Assembly: GCA_000165345.1 (NCBI GenBank)
Contig: CM000431.1
Span: 64,001 to 128,000 of the forward strand
Length of the DNA: 64,000 nucleotides
Reading direction: 5' to 3'
This document shows positions 11,401 through 25,317 of this stretch, piece after piece. Within the stretch, counting starts at the first letter, position 1. Every line of letters starts with the position of its first letter. The position numbers and the translations under genes were made by a program. The notes beneath the pieces are model-generated. The model ran no database searches. It was not told the DNA's origin and saw only the letters and a list, made by a program, of their open reading frames with translations.

Positions 11401-11803
11401 TGAAGATAAAAGTATAGTAAATTTTAAAGGTAGTGAAAGAAGAAGAGGAGGTGGAAGGTATAAGTTTGGTGGAGGATATGCAGAAGAAGATAGGAGAAGA
11501 GAAGAAGAAGATGATGATAGCGAGAATAGTGGCGGTGAGGATGGTGATGATGATTACTGGGAAGCAGATCAGAAGTTACTAGAATTGATAAGACTTCGTC
11601 CAACCAGTTCAATAATAAATGCTCAGCCTCCAACCGCTGGAATACTTCGTAGGACTGTTTCATCAGATGTAAGTATAAGTAAAGGAACATTCTCAAAGAT
11701 AGGAAGTATATCATCATTATGGACAAAGCATAATTCTTCCCCTCCAAAAGCTTTATCTTCAATGAAAAGAGTATGTTTTGCTGAAGTGGCACAGATATAT
11801 TAA
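8411..11803 (+). CDS. Hypothetical protein, 1130 aa, with a Ser/Thr/Asn-rich and acidic C-terminal half.
   Basis: A long single ORF with a non-repetitive N-terminal 550 aa. It starts at the first ATG after a divergent promoter region. I recognise no family. Confidence 0.6.
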   Translation: MGTKLVSNIKNFIISGRNQNGIKGLVKGSYPNGYRNFGPDLDRMMLPLNKKYVDESKLVDSINEEINSIGGCSTSGGGKDNYYLSVLKCLVEFIQWDIKKERENYAKYGMFLFLKLLEGYKDHWVDSIRLTAFIRNQSEAWLSKDSGALQYYGKWIILGNMKRSLEKNSHLYYKEFEGLSNDGAHIVSTNPNIGQKYPGLSANSLPIKMCTLSNKLVEMLCKCVININNRLESKNGKEKLKGCKNSIITEEQSLKANEVSNKDLIEVTLILEIILLGFLMEGEIFGEKSDALISEFVIPSLASIIDSKLILSYCLSFHNVKYYLNENGPGRSLYNTMEIFREDSNLFFQGDKATINELIESLYMRFLYLIETLSIIFLKEFQEEKAMQQRCSETISGKVTSEIEDDSVSQSTSLNNFNNNISNNELGLIQRFKVQDRINILPLKFKSLNDKLYSLCYYPYILTSDICLSICRGNSDYTVELITLLTCALRYHTINTGYSEDFQRLFQNTDPLFIIDELMVSISGGNDEIPRSILYYETPQYCYSLLRCLHRVLCCCPRIVGISRLVSTLINLIDVILPLYDLNGTLCSRSKNFDGQISNIGNNRGGMAGGDIGKCALLMRNVAFQVVFDIMCILSDTSQVFYVIRVLVKVRDWCGSCLLDLIRRCQRLASQSSEMGNLNKRSLSTYNSQLKSNNVGGVNGLTTAVNQKYDKLDLRTRVGATGLLQTSNKKISELGNINNTSEGSKLVQNSSLVGGISGSVASYNSGIDLSSYLNIGGLREFDLEIVNPSFWSASKILEIAGINRKWITGQIGNSGNNYISMNFTGGGAGGGGMINGLNGNNSNNMSISSGISSGLSSDIIVSSKTTQVIFNRSENMGSNNSGNSGLGGALRTDVIGGSTKSIPSTNTNIITATTNATTTTTSATNAATVVTSSTTTSSPSAITIGAGNISSSGSSNYGSISSPKAVVLPSSNYCYDYSSEDEENEDYDFDDIDTSSDEDKSIVNFKGSERRRGGGRYKFGGGYAEEDRRREEEDDDSENSGGEDGDDDYWEADQKLLELIRLRPTSSIINAQPPTAGILRRTVSSDVSISKGTFSKIGSISSLWTKHNSSPPKALSSMKRVCFAEVAQIY

Positions 11804-12420
11804 TAAAAGAGATTTGACTCAACTTTAATGTATTTTAGTTTAACCATTTGATTAATTTTTTTAATAATTTGTTGATTTATTATTAATATTAATAAAAATA
11901 TTGATATATAGACAATTTAATATTTCTCTTACAATTTAATTATATACAATATATGAATATATAAAAGTATGCAAAGACATATACAAAATGGAAAATTTAA
12001 GAATAATTGTTTAAAATGTTTTTATATATTTATTTCGAGTCCGACTGGAAAAAAAGTAAATATGAAAGAATATTTGGTGGGGAGATTTGATATAAGAGTT
12101 TTTGCATTACCGGTATTAAAAGATAAGTGATGACGTGTCATTTATTTATTAAGTATTTATTTTGAGAATAGTCTGAATAAATTGAATGAAAATTAAAGAG
12201 AAAATAATCAAGTGAAATATTGTTTTTTTTTTGTATTGAACTTAAATAATATTAATATTGAGTAGATATAGGTTATACAAATATTCTTTAAGAATATCTT
12301 TGAATAATTTTAGATTTATATTTCTATGTTATCAATTTTGAATTTAATTACATTTTTTGCATGACATGCATGCAATGTTGTTTATTGTGGCGGTAATTTC
12401 AGGGTCAAATGTCAGAAGTT

Positions 12421-12431
12421 TTGGCGGGAAA
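12421..12431. promoter_or_regulatory. E2F-like site TTGGCGGGAAA about 470 bp upstream of the helicase ATG.
   Basis: Exact match to the E2F/DP consensus TTTSSCGC. It is part of a window-wide set of GGCGGG/GGCGCC cores in 5' regions (3441-3448, 7458-7468, 7821-7830, 22447-22457, 24534-24544, 33067-33077, 33099-33106, 37260-37267, 50141-50148, 55920-55928). Confidence 0.5.
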
Positions 12432-12893
12432 GTGGGGTGTCATTTTTTTATTTTTAATGAAAAAACAAAAAGGATGTAGATAGATATAGCTGGGTGGGTT
12501 GGTTATTTGAATGTAGAAAGTGCAGATGAGAGTATAATATTACTGGATGGATGATATGAATGAAAGAGTTGTTGTGCTTATTATTTGAATAAATGTTGGA
12601 AATATTTTTTGAAAATTATTTGAAAAAGAAAAGGACATTAAAGGGAAAATAAATTGGCTCCATAATAATAATAAAAAAAGGAATAAAAATAAAATAAAAA
12701 TAAAATAAATTAATTCCATTTAAAAAACAAGAATAAAATAATATTTTAAATTATTTATAAGAAATATAAAGAAAATTGGTTTAAGACAGTAACAAAAAGT
12801 TATAGCTCTTAAATTTTAATTTGTCAATTTTTTTTTTCTTTAAGATTCAATTAAATTTAAACAAGATTTAGATTTCGATCTAGACAAGGAAAA

Positions 12894-15800
12894 ATGTTTG
12901 CTAATCAGGATGATTTTTGGACTTCAGATGAGGAGGAGGAAGAAGAGGAGGGGGTAGAAGAGGAGGGGGTAGAAGAGGAGGAGGTAGAAGGAGAAGAAGA
13001 TAAGGATGAAGAAAAGAATGATCAAAAAAATGATTTGGATATGGTTGAAGAAAAAGTTTCCAGAATCAGTCTAAAAGAGGGTAAGGAAGGAGAGGAGAAT
13101 GGTGAGGAAGAGGAAAGAAAGAAAAAGAAGGGATTTATCAGGAAGAAATGGAGTATAGAAGATGAGCGAGATGTTTCTGATTTCAGGGAAATTATAGGCT
13201 ATGAGCCTTGTAAGAAAGAAGATTTGGATGATTCAGAAGATTTGGAGAATGTGGTATTAAAATATCCCTATGAATTGGATGATTTTCAGAAAAGAGCAGT
13301 AATTAATATACATAATGGAGACCATGTTTTAGTTGCAGCTCACACTTCAGCAGGAAAAACAGCAGTAGCAGAATATGCAATAGAGTTAGCTAATAAGAAT
13401 GGAAGGAAAGCAATATATACATCTCCTATTAAAGCTTTAAGTAGTCAAAAATATCGAGAATTTTTGAATAGATTTAGAGAATATCCTGCACATTCATCAT
13501 TTACTCAAAGAAACAGGATTGGAATAATTACAGGAGATGTGAGTATTAATCCTGATGCACAATGTGTAATAATGACAACTGAGATTTTGAGGACAATGCT
13601 ATATAGAAATGATCCTTGTATTGAACAAATTCAGACGGTAATATTTGATGAGGTTCATTATATTAATGATTTGGAGAGAGGCGTTGTTTGGGAAGAGGTA
13701 TTGATATTATTGGATCCAAAAGTTCAACTGGTTTTGTTATCGGCAACAATTCCAAATTATATAGAGTTTGCTAATTGGATTGGAAGGATTAAACAAAATA
13801 CTGTTTATTGCATTCGAACTTTACATAGGCCTGTTCCTTTGAAGCATTATCTTTACATTTACGAGAAATGTTTCCAAATAATGGATGAGAATAATAAGTT
13901 CAATATAAATGGATACAAGGAAATGCTGGATTTTATTAAAACTTCAAAATCTAAGAAGAGTATTAGTAGCTTAAAAAGCAAGGTCAGTAAGCTCAGTTCG
14001 TCAATATCTAAGGCGAACTCATCTCAAGAAATTCAGTCTCAGGAAGACCCAAATCAAGAGGATCCCAGTCAAGAAGACCCAAATCAAGAGGATCCCAGTC
14101 AAGAAGATCCAACCCAGGAAGTTCAGTCCCAAGAAGAACCAATCCAAGAAGACCAATCCCAAGAAACTCAATCCCAAGAAACTCAATCCCAAGAAATCCA
14201 ATCCCAAGAAGCGAAAGTTGAAGACAACAATATTGCAATGCTTAGGATCTCAGCAATTAACAAGCAAATCTCATCTTCTGCTGGAGCAAAAGGAGGATCT
14301 GGGGGAATTCTTTCTAGTGCAGAAACCAAATTCAAGACTGAAGTTTATAGATTACAAGTGTTCTTAAAGCTCTTGGAGAAAAATGATCAATTACCTGTCA
14401 TACTATTTGGATTTTCTAGGAGAAAAGTGGAACAATTAGCAACCAATTTACCAAATCTCAACTTTTTATACAATCATAATGAAAAAAGTAATATTATTAC
14501 ATTTATTAAAGAATCCACAAGTAAATTAAATGAATTGGATCAAAAAATTCCTCAATTATTACAATGTAAAGAATTAGCTTTAAGAGGAATAGGAATTCAT
14601 CATAGTGGAATGCTTCCAATTATCAAAGAAATGACTGAGATCTTATTTACTAGAGGATTAATCAAAGTATTATTTGCAACTGAGACAATATCTATGGGAA
14701 TTAATTGTCCAGCTAGATCTATTGTATTTACTAGTATTAAAAAATATGATGGACGAAAAAATAGAATACTTCTTTCTTCTGAATATACACAAATGTCAGG
14801 AAGAGCTGGAAGAAGAGGTATTGATACTTTTGGTAATGTATTTATATTTAATTCATCACATGAAACAATACCAGAATGTATTGATATTGTAAAGATGATG
14901 CTTAATACTTATTTACCAGTACAAAGTAAATTCAGATTAACATATCAGATGATACTTCAACTTTCTTGTAGACATTCACTTAAAATTGAAGATATGATGA
15001 CTAAATCATTTAAAGAAATGTTCAGATCAATTAATCTTCCAATATTTCATCGAAATTTGAATAGAAAGCTTAAAAGACATCAAATCATACTTTCAAAATT
15101 ACATTCTATATTAGAATCATATAATAGTAATTTGGTTATTTCTAATTATAATCAAAGAAATACAAATCAAAAAGATGAATTTCAATTTGAATCTGATTCT
15201 GAATCTTTATTAAATATTATTAATGGTTTAATTTCAACTATTGAAACTTCAAATTTAATTTCTGGTCAATTATTTCAAAAACTATGTAATTCATCAATTA
15301 ATAAGAATATAATTTCTCAGAAGATTCTTAATCCTGGAAGATTAATACTATTCAATTCTTTTTCATTGACTGGTAAATCTTTACCAATGTTTGCAAATAT
15401 TTTGGAATATAATCCAACATCAACACTTTCTTCTATTATTGTTTATTCACAAGAATTTATTGATTTTCAATTTTCATCAAATAATTATCTTTCAAAAAAT
15501 ATTATGGATGGTAATGATAATAATAATAATAATAATAATAATAAAGGAATTGGTGATTCTAATAATGATATTCAATTTTATGATGTTGTTGAAGAAAGTA
15601 TTCAAAATTATCAAAATTCTAATAAGAATCGACAAATCAGTGTAGTACAAAACTTGATAGATCTTGATAGATCTAAAAAGAATAATAATCAAAGAAATTC
15701 TTCTTCATCGTATTCTTCAAAAAACTCTACAACAATCAATTTGATTCATCATTCAACATTTAATTCTCAGAAATTATTAATTTCAACATCTTTATATAAT

Positions 15801-17213
15801 AATACAAATATTAATGAAATCAATCCATTATTTAAAAACATTAATAATTATTATATTTTTCAAAATGTTCCATTAGAACTTTTTATGTTCATTTTTGATT
15901 TTAATGCTTCAGCTACAAATAATCAAACAAATCTTCTTAAAAGTATTAATTTTAAAGATATTTCCATATTACATAACATTGCAATTTTACTTAAAAACTC
16001 TGTTCAAGACTTTTTATCAAATCAGAATAGTATAAATAATATGAATGGTAATTGTAATAATTCTTTAAAAAATAATAATTTAGGAAATTCTGGTATAAAT
16101 CCTAATATTGGTCCAAAACCAAAGAATAAGAACAATAAAAAAGGTATGAAGGTAAATCTTTTTGAATTCATTAGTCATCAAGAACAACAAAACCAACAAT
16201 TAAATACTAATCGTGGAAATATTACTGAATATTCTTCATCTTCATCTTCAAACATACCAGAAAACTGGCCAAAATTATTACCCATTTCCAAAACACTAAA
16301 ATCAATAGAAATTGAATATTATGAACTTTTACAAAGATATAATGATCTTTTCCCAGAATTTGTTAATAATCATATATTCAAAAATTGTTATTCATTTATT
16401 ATTGAAGAAAATAATAATCATAATGATAATAATGGTAATAATACTATGATTCAACTTATTGTTGAACTTAATAAATTGGATCATGAAATATCAATTTATA
16501 AACATTTCATAAATGATGAAAGTTTGGATGATTATCCAGAAATGAAACTTAAAATACAATTATTAATTGAAAAAGGATTCCTTAATGAAAATCTTACTAT
16601 TACAACTAAAGGTAGAATAGCATCAGAATTACTTACAAGTGATGAACTTACTTTAATAGAAATATTACTGAATGGTATGTTACATAAATTAAATAATATT
16701 CATGAAATTACGGCTATATTATCTTGCTTTGTATTTCCTGAAAAAATGGAATCATTATCAAATTCAAATACTAGTACAAATAATAATAATAATAATAATA
16801 ATATTCTTGGTATAGATAGACCTTCATTACCTTCTGTTGAACTTTTGAATGCTCATGATGAGCTTATTAATATTCATACAGATTATGAAAAAACTCATTA
16901 TAAACATCAAATAAATTTAGATACTGAACATTTTTGGTCTTTATGTAATGATAAATTTATGTTAATTGCTTATAAATGGTCAAATAAAGAATCACTTAAA
17001 GAGATTATGGAATTTGTACATAATTCTGAAATGAATTTACATGAAGGTACAATTGTTAGAACAATTTTAAGACTTGATGAACTTGTTAGAAAACTTATAA
17101 TAGCAGCAAAAATGATGGGAGATAAAATACTTGAAGAAAAATTATGTTTAATACATGAAAATATTGCCAGAGATATCATTTTTATGACTTCTCTTTACTT
17201 TAATTCCAACTAG
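12894..17213 (+). CDS. Ski2/Mtr4-family DExH-box RNA helicase (SKI2-like by size, 1439 aa).
   Basis: Motif I AHTSAGKT, motif II DEVH (FDEVHYIND), motif III SAT (LSATIPN), HHSGMLP, motif VI QMSGRAGRRG. C-terminal DSHCT-like region (...EGTIVRTILRLDELVRKL...ARDIIFMTSLYF). Acidic E-rich N-terminus. Internal Q/E/S repeats and poly-Asn tracts. Confidence 0.85.
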   Translation: MFANQDDFWTSDEEEEEEEGVEEEGVEEEEVEGEEDKDEEKNDQKNDLDMVEEKVSRISLKEGKEGEENGEEEERKKKKGFIRKKWSIEDERDVSDFREIIGYEPCKKEDLDDSEDLENVVLKYPYELDDFQKRAVINIHNGDHVLVAAHTSAGKTAVAEYAIELANKNGRKAIYTSPIKALSSQKYREFLNRFREYPAHSSFTQRNRIGIITGDVSINPDAQCVIMTTEILRTMLYRNDPCIEQIQTVIFDEVHYINDLERGVVWEEVLILLDPKVQLVLLSATIPNYIEFANWIGRIKQNTVYCIRTLHRPVPLKHYLYIYEKCFQIMDENNKFNINGYKEMLDFIKTSKSKKSISSLKSKVSKLSSSISKANSSQEIQSQEDPNQEDPSQEDPNQEDPSQEDPTQEVQSQEEPIQEDQSQETQSQETQSQEIQSQEAKVEDNNIAMLRISAINKQISSSAGAKGGSGGILSSAETKFKTEVYRLQVFLKLLEKNDQLPVILFGFSRRKVEQLATNLPNLNFLYNHNEKSNIITFIKESTSKLNELDQKIPQLLQCKELALRGIGIHHSGMLPIIKEMTEILFTRGLIKVLFATETISMGINCPARSIVFTSIKKYDGRKNRILLSSEYTQMSGRAGRRGIDTFGNVFIFNSSHETIPECIDIVKMMLNTYLPVQSKFRLTYQMILQLSCRHSLKIEDMMTKSFKEMFRSINLPIFHRNLNRKLKRHQIILSKLHSILESYNSNLVISNYNQRNTNQKDEFQFESDSESLLNIINGLISTIETSNLISGQLFQKLCNSSINKNIISQKILNPGRLILFNSFSLTGKSLPMFANILEYNPTSTLSSIIVYSQEFIDFQFSSNNYLSKNIMDGNDNNNNNNNNKGIGDSNNDIQFYDVVEESIQNYQNSNKNRQISVVQNLIDLDRSKKNNNQRNSSSSYSSKNSTTINLIHHSTFNSQKLLISTSLYNNTNINEINPLFKNINNYYIFQNVPLELFMFIFDFNASATNNQTNLLKSINFKDISILHNIAILLKNSVQDFLSNQNSINNMNGNCNNSLKNNNLGNSGINPNIGPKPKNKNNKKGMKVNLFEFISHQEQQNQQLNTNRGNITEYSSSSSSNIPENWPKLLPISKTLKSIEIEYYELLQRYNDLFPEFVNNHIFKNCYSFIIEENNNHNDNNGNNTMIQLIVELNKLDHEISIYKHFINDESLDDYPEMKLKIQLLIEKGFLNENLTITTKGRIASELLTSDELTLIEILLNGMLHKLNNIHEITAILSCFVFPEKMESLSNSNTSTNNNNNNNNILGIDRPSLPSVELLNAHDELINIHTDYEKTHYKHQINLDTEHFWSLCNDKFMLIAYKWSNKESLKEIMEFVHNSEMNLHEGTIVRTILRLDELVRKLIIAAKMMGDKILEEKLCLIHENIARDIIFMTSLYFNSN
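14021..14212 (+). repeat. In-frame coding minisatellite inside the helicase gene. 15/30-nt units (caagaagacccaaatcaagaggatcccagt duplicated, then caagaaactcaatcc x3) encode (QEDPNQEDPS)2 and (QETQS)n.
   Basis: Direct tandem repetition is visible in the sequence. It also produces the artefactual antisense ORFs 14008..14238 and 14019..14207 in the track. Confidence 0.8.
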
Positions 17214-17427
17214 AAAGTAAATAAGAAAAATAAAAAAATTCATGAAAAAAACAATACAAAATCACGATTTGATATAGGAAAAAAAATTTATTTTAGTTAG
17301 AAAAGGTTTAAGTTAAGTTAAGTTTTTGTAAGGTTTTATGTTTGATAGTTTTTAGTTTTGGGTTTTGGGGTTAAATTTGTCTTGGGATTTTGGGTTTTTT
17401 GGTTTAAAATAAAGAATTAAGGTTTTG

Positions 17428-18146
17428 CCTTTAAGAGTTGGCTTGAGGCTTGAGGCTTTCTGGCCTTTAAGAGTTGACTTAGGGTTTCAGGCTTTCTGAC
17501 CTTTAAGAGTTGGCTTAGGGTTTCAGGCTTTCTAGCCTCCAAGGGTGGTTGGCTTGAGGTTTCAGAATTTTTGGCCTTTAAGAGTTGACTTGGGGTTTCA
17601 GGCTTTCTGACCTTTAAGAGTTGGCTTAGGGTTTCAGGCTTTCAGGCTTTTTGGCCTTTAAGAGTTGGCTTAGGGTTTCAGGCTTTCAGGCTTTCTGGCC
17701 TTTAAGAGTTGGCTTGGGATTTCAGGCTTTCTGACCTTTAAGAGTTGACTTAGGGTTTCAGGCTTTCTGACCTTTAAGAGTTGGCTTAGGGTTTCAGGCT
17801 TTCTAGCCTCCAAGGGTGGTTGGCTTGAGGTTTCAGAATTTTTGGCCTTTAAGGGTTGGCTTAGGGTTTCAGGCTTTTTTGCCTTTAAGAGTTGAATTGG
17901 GGTTTCAGGTTTTTGGCCTTTAAGAGTTGGCTCAGGGTTTCAGGCTTTCTGGCTTTCTGGCTTTCAGGCTTTTTGGCCTTTAAGAGTTGACTTGGGGTTT
18001 CAGGCTTTCTGACCTTTAAAAGTTGACTTAGAGTTTCAGGCTTTCTGACCTTTAAGAGTTGGCTTAGGGTTTCAGGCTTTCTGGCTTTCAGGCTTTCTGG
18101 CCTTTAAGAGTTGGCTTGGGATTTCAGGCTTTCTGGCTTTCTAGCT
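17428..18146. repeat. Intergenic minisatellite of about 20 imperfect units of 36-39 bp (consensus cctttaagagttggcttagggtttcaggctttctgg). Each unit carries a TTAGGGTTT telomere-like core.
   Basis: Tandem periodicity is read directly. The array is bounded by an identical 19-mer ttaaaataaagaattaagg at 17404-17422 and 18147-18165. It is preceded by a G/T-rich tttagttttgggttttgggg tract at 17350-17372. Confidence 0.85.
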
Positions 18147-18352
18147 TAAAATAAAGAATTAAGGTAAGGTTTTGACCTCCAAACGTCTTAGGGATTTAAG
18201 CTTCGGGTTTCACCTCGAGCCTCAACCCTTTAAGGTTTTTTTTTTTTTTTTTTGAAATTTAAAGTTAAATAAATACTTAATTATAATAACCTAATAGCCT
18301 TTCAATCATAATTAATATAACCAATTTTATTACTAATTTTAACAAAATAATA

Positions 18353-18393
<41 letters not shown>

Positions 18394-18450
18394 TTTTAAT
18401 ATGATCACCAATAATATCAAGAAATTTATAATAAAAAAATTGACCAACTA

Positions 18451-22267
<3,817 letters not shown>

Positions 22268-22446
22268 TTTATTTATATTTAATTAATTTTTTCCTTCTTT
22301 CTTCATCAATTTAAAAAATCCAAATTAAATAAATAAATAGACCAACTTTATAAATAATATATCTCATCCGATTTTCTTTTTTTTTTTCAACCAATAACCA
22401 TTTGTTACATGCAAACTATTTGCAAAAAAATGCATTTTGACCTTTT

Positions 22447-22487
22447 TTTTCCCGCCCAAGATGGCCACATGCAACTGTGCATGCACA
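22447..22487. promoter_or_regulatory. E2F-like TTTTCCCGCCC followed by the palindromic TGTGCATGCACA, about 180 bp upstream of the 22267 ATG on the minus strand.
   Basis: Read directly. Confidence 0.45.
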
Positions 22488-22869
22488 ACTGAGTCTACCA
22501 AGCTAAAAGGAATTAGTGGAAAAAAATAGGGGGAAAAACAGGGAAAATAGAAAGAAACAATTTGAAAATAAAGAATTTAGCAATTATAACCCAACCCTCT
22601 CTCTCAGAAGCTCCCTTTGTCACACATAAATCCCCTACTTATTTTTTGAATCTCCGGATTTGCGCTTACAAGTTCATTTAAAGTTAATTCTAAAGAGTAA
22701 TTAAAACGCGGGGAAGAGGCAAGAAAAGAAAAATAATTCTATTGAATTCAATGCTAAGAAATATACTGCGATGAAATATCGTATTAGCTACTAATATAAT
22801 TTCCGAATGATGGTAAATTTGAGTGATGATATCTGACGTTAATTAAAAGCTCTTTTCCTTTTAGTGTTT

Positions 22870-24354
22870 CTAATTCTTAGGATTGTTACTAGAGTTATGG
22901 TGGTAATTGTTGCCTGCTTGCCTGTTGGAATTCTTATTATTGAACTTTGAAGAATTTTGTGAAAAGTTCTGGCCCTGAGGCTGATTAATTTGCTTCCACT
23001 TTTCAATAGAGATTTCCATACCTCCAAGGTAAAGGCCATTATTTAAAAGGGTTTTGCAAGAAAACTCTGAATCCAATTCAATAATACCCCAATGCCTACC
23101 ACTAACTCTGGCTCTCTCAATATCAATTACATATCCTCCTCCATGTACCTTAAGTTGGTTCAAAACAGCCTCTCTGATCTGATCATCAGATATATTAGTA
23201 GGAAGTGAGTGCACAAAGATTTTGCGCTTATTTTTTGCTTCCTTTAGAGATTTTGGATCTTTTTGAGTACTTGTTTTTTTTGTCGAACCATTTTGAGATG
23301 CTGTCTTATTCTTATCCTCAGTTGGAACGTGGATTGCATACCCCTTAACCTTATTTCCATTCTTCAATGCTCCCCCCATAAGCTTTCCTGCATAGCTCGT
23401 GACTTCATATTTATGGGGATTAGAACGGTTAATATTAGCGTTATTCTTTGCATTAAGTGAATCAGTATAGTTTACTGGATCCAAAGGTGAAGGAGATGAT
23501 GCCGATGAAGTATTAGCAGCAGCATTATTGGATGTTGTATTAGGAGCGGAAGTACTAGCATTATTACTACTATTATTACTAGTATTAGCAGCAGTAGAAC
23601 TGGAAACCTTTTTCTGAGATTCAGCATTGGAATCAGTATTTGCATGGGCACCCACTGTTGCCACTGATTGACTTTTATTATCATCATCCTCTTTGGGTCC
23701 AGTGGCATGTTTATTAACTTCCTTGTTATGTTCATCATTGCATTGTACCTTACTTGAATGATGTTGTTCTTTCTGGGATTTATTAGTCTCAAAACCCGAG
23801 TCATGAGATTTTTTCCCACTATTCTTAGCTACTCCAGAATCATTATTTGCAATTTTAGCTGTATTCTGAACGCTTTGTTTAAGTGGTAACTCAGAATCAA
23901 TAAATATGAGGCAATCGTTCCTAATAAAATACCACCTTGGGCGAATTTCAGTTAAAAGGAAGTTTTGAACAAAACTTTTTCCAACACTCTCTCCCTCCCC
24001 AATATACATTCTTCCTTTAGCTGTAATGCACAAAGAATTATTGATGGATTTTGAGCATTCAAGCACCTCAACATAAGTTGTACAGTTACTTAAGTCTAAA
24101 AGATTTATTGCAGAACGAATCTTTTCTTTTGTCTCTGCTCTAATTGCAGATTGTGGGTTAAAAGAGCTATCCATAACTTCAGAACGATTCCCCACCCATG
24201 TTAAATATCCAGAGTCGTGATAAAGTTCATATAGGGTTGAGGGGTCCTTCTTCAGACGACTGTAGAACTCTGTTACAAAAAAGTCTGCAATCTTTGATGC
24301 ATTGCAAGTACTGCTATTATTTGTACCTTCTGTCATACTCAGAACTTGTCTCAA
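22870..24354 (-). CDS. G3BP-like RNA-binding protein with an N-terminal NTF2-like domain and a C-terminal RRM, 494 aa.
   Basis: N-terminus FFVTEFYSRLKKDPSTLYELYHDSGYLTW resembles the NTF2 fold of G3BP/NTF2. The middle is acidic and Ser/Asn-rich. The C-terminus has an RRM-like segment (KIFVHSLPTNISDDQIREAV...GYVIDIE). Confidence 0.6.
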   Translation of the reverse strand: MRQVLSMTEGTNNSSTCNASKIADFFVTEFYSRLKKDPSTLYELYHDSGYLTWVGNRSEVMDSSFNPQSAIRAETKEKIRSAINLLDLSNCTTYVEVLECSKSINNSLCITAKGRMYIGEGESVGKSFVQNFLLTEIRPRWYFIRNDCLIFIDSELPLKQSVQNTAKIANNDSGVAKNSGKKSHDSGFETNKSQKEQHHSSKVQCNDEHNKEVNKHATGPKEDDDNKSQSVATVGAHANTDSNAESQKKVSSSTAANTSNNSSNNASTSAPNTTSNNAAANTSSASSPSPLDPVNYTDSLNAKNNANINRSNPHKYEVTSYAGKLMGGALKNGNKVKGYAIHVPTEDKNKTASQNGSTKKTSTQKDPKSLKEAKNKRKIFVHSLPTNISDDQIREAVLNQLKVHGGGYVIDIERARVSGRHWGIIELDSEFSCKTLLNNGLYLGGMEISIEKWKQINQPQGQNFSQNSSKFNNKNSNRQAGNNYHHNSSNNPKN

Positions 24355-25222
24355 TTAATTTTGTATTTGAGATTTATAATAAATTATATTGCTTACCAAC
24401 CTTATTGGTATTCTTTAAAGAAAATGTGACTCCTCATTCTTTACCGATTATTTTAATATAGACGTGAAAAAATTTAATAACTTATGCTTAAATATTATTT
24501 ATATATATTTTAATATTTAATAAATATATATTCATGGCGGCACACAATATTCTCTTTTTAATAAATAAATATTTAATTTTTCCATACATTTTCCCTCCAA
24601 ATAATGTTTATTTTCTTTATTTATTCTTAAATAATTTAAGTTCGTTTAATGCGATCCTTTCTTTTCTAATTAAAGCTTGATTAATCATTTTTAATAGACT
24701 TTTTGTTGAAACATGAAAAAAAAGTTGTAATCTTAATACATTTAGTGTACTAACTACAGTACTAATTCAAATTTCTTGGCTCACACACTTCAAATCCATT
24801 TTTTTCTACTATGTGGGTTAAATATAATTTCCAAAGTTGCTTTAATTCTATATGGATTTTAGTAAACTTGGAGGAAAAAAAAAATATTTAGTCCAATATA
24901 CATCCTTAAACCTATTACTGATTTAGAACGGCTTATAATACACAATATGGAAACTAACCATTTAATTCATATACTTAGAAAGAGAAATTCAAAGAAATGA
25001 TTAAATCTTTAAAGGAAAAAGAGCTATTATTTTTATTTTGAGTAGTAAATTAGAAAAATAAAAAAACAAATGATTTCTTTATTAAAATAAAAATATCATT
25101 TATATATTTTTGCTAAGCTCCATTTGCTATTTTATATTAAGATTAATTATAGTTTTTAGTACCGGTATTGCAATTTTCAATTTTTATTTTTATTTTTTTT
25201 GCATGTAGCAATGATCAATAAA

Positions 25223-25248
25223 TGCATGCAGGGGGACAATTGCATGTG
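25223..25248. promoter_or_regulatory. TGCATGCA and TTGCATGTGG boxes in the 1.26-kb divergent promoter region shared by the G3BP-like and RCC1 genes.
   Basis: The AP2-type TGCATGCA octamer recurs in most 5' intergenic regions: 7583-7592, 12366-12378, 34631-34638, 38391-38467, 43639-43646, 55839-55848. Confidence 0.45.
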
Positions 25249-25286
25249 GACACCAAAAATAAATTGATTAAAAAAAAAAAAATATA

Positions 25287-25317
<31 letters not shown>

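Noticed and set aside
14008-14238. Minus-strand ORFs 14008..14238 and 14019..14207 (L/G/F-rich).
   Set aside because: They are artefacts of reading the helicase coding minisatellite on the opposite strand. Their repetitive LGIEFLG sequence mirrors the QEDPN/QETQS repeats.
15391-15692. ORFs 15391..15645 (+) and 15492..15692 (-) inside the helicase gene.
   Set aside because: Out-of-frame or antisense reads of (AAT)n poly-Asn coding DNA.
17404-18165. The minisatellite with flanking 19-bp direct repeats read as a transposable element.
   Set aside because: There is no ORF and there are no terminal inverted repeats. The direct-repeat flanks are noted in the findings, but calling it a mobile element is unsupported.
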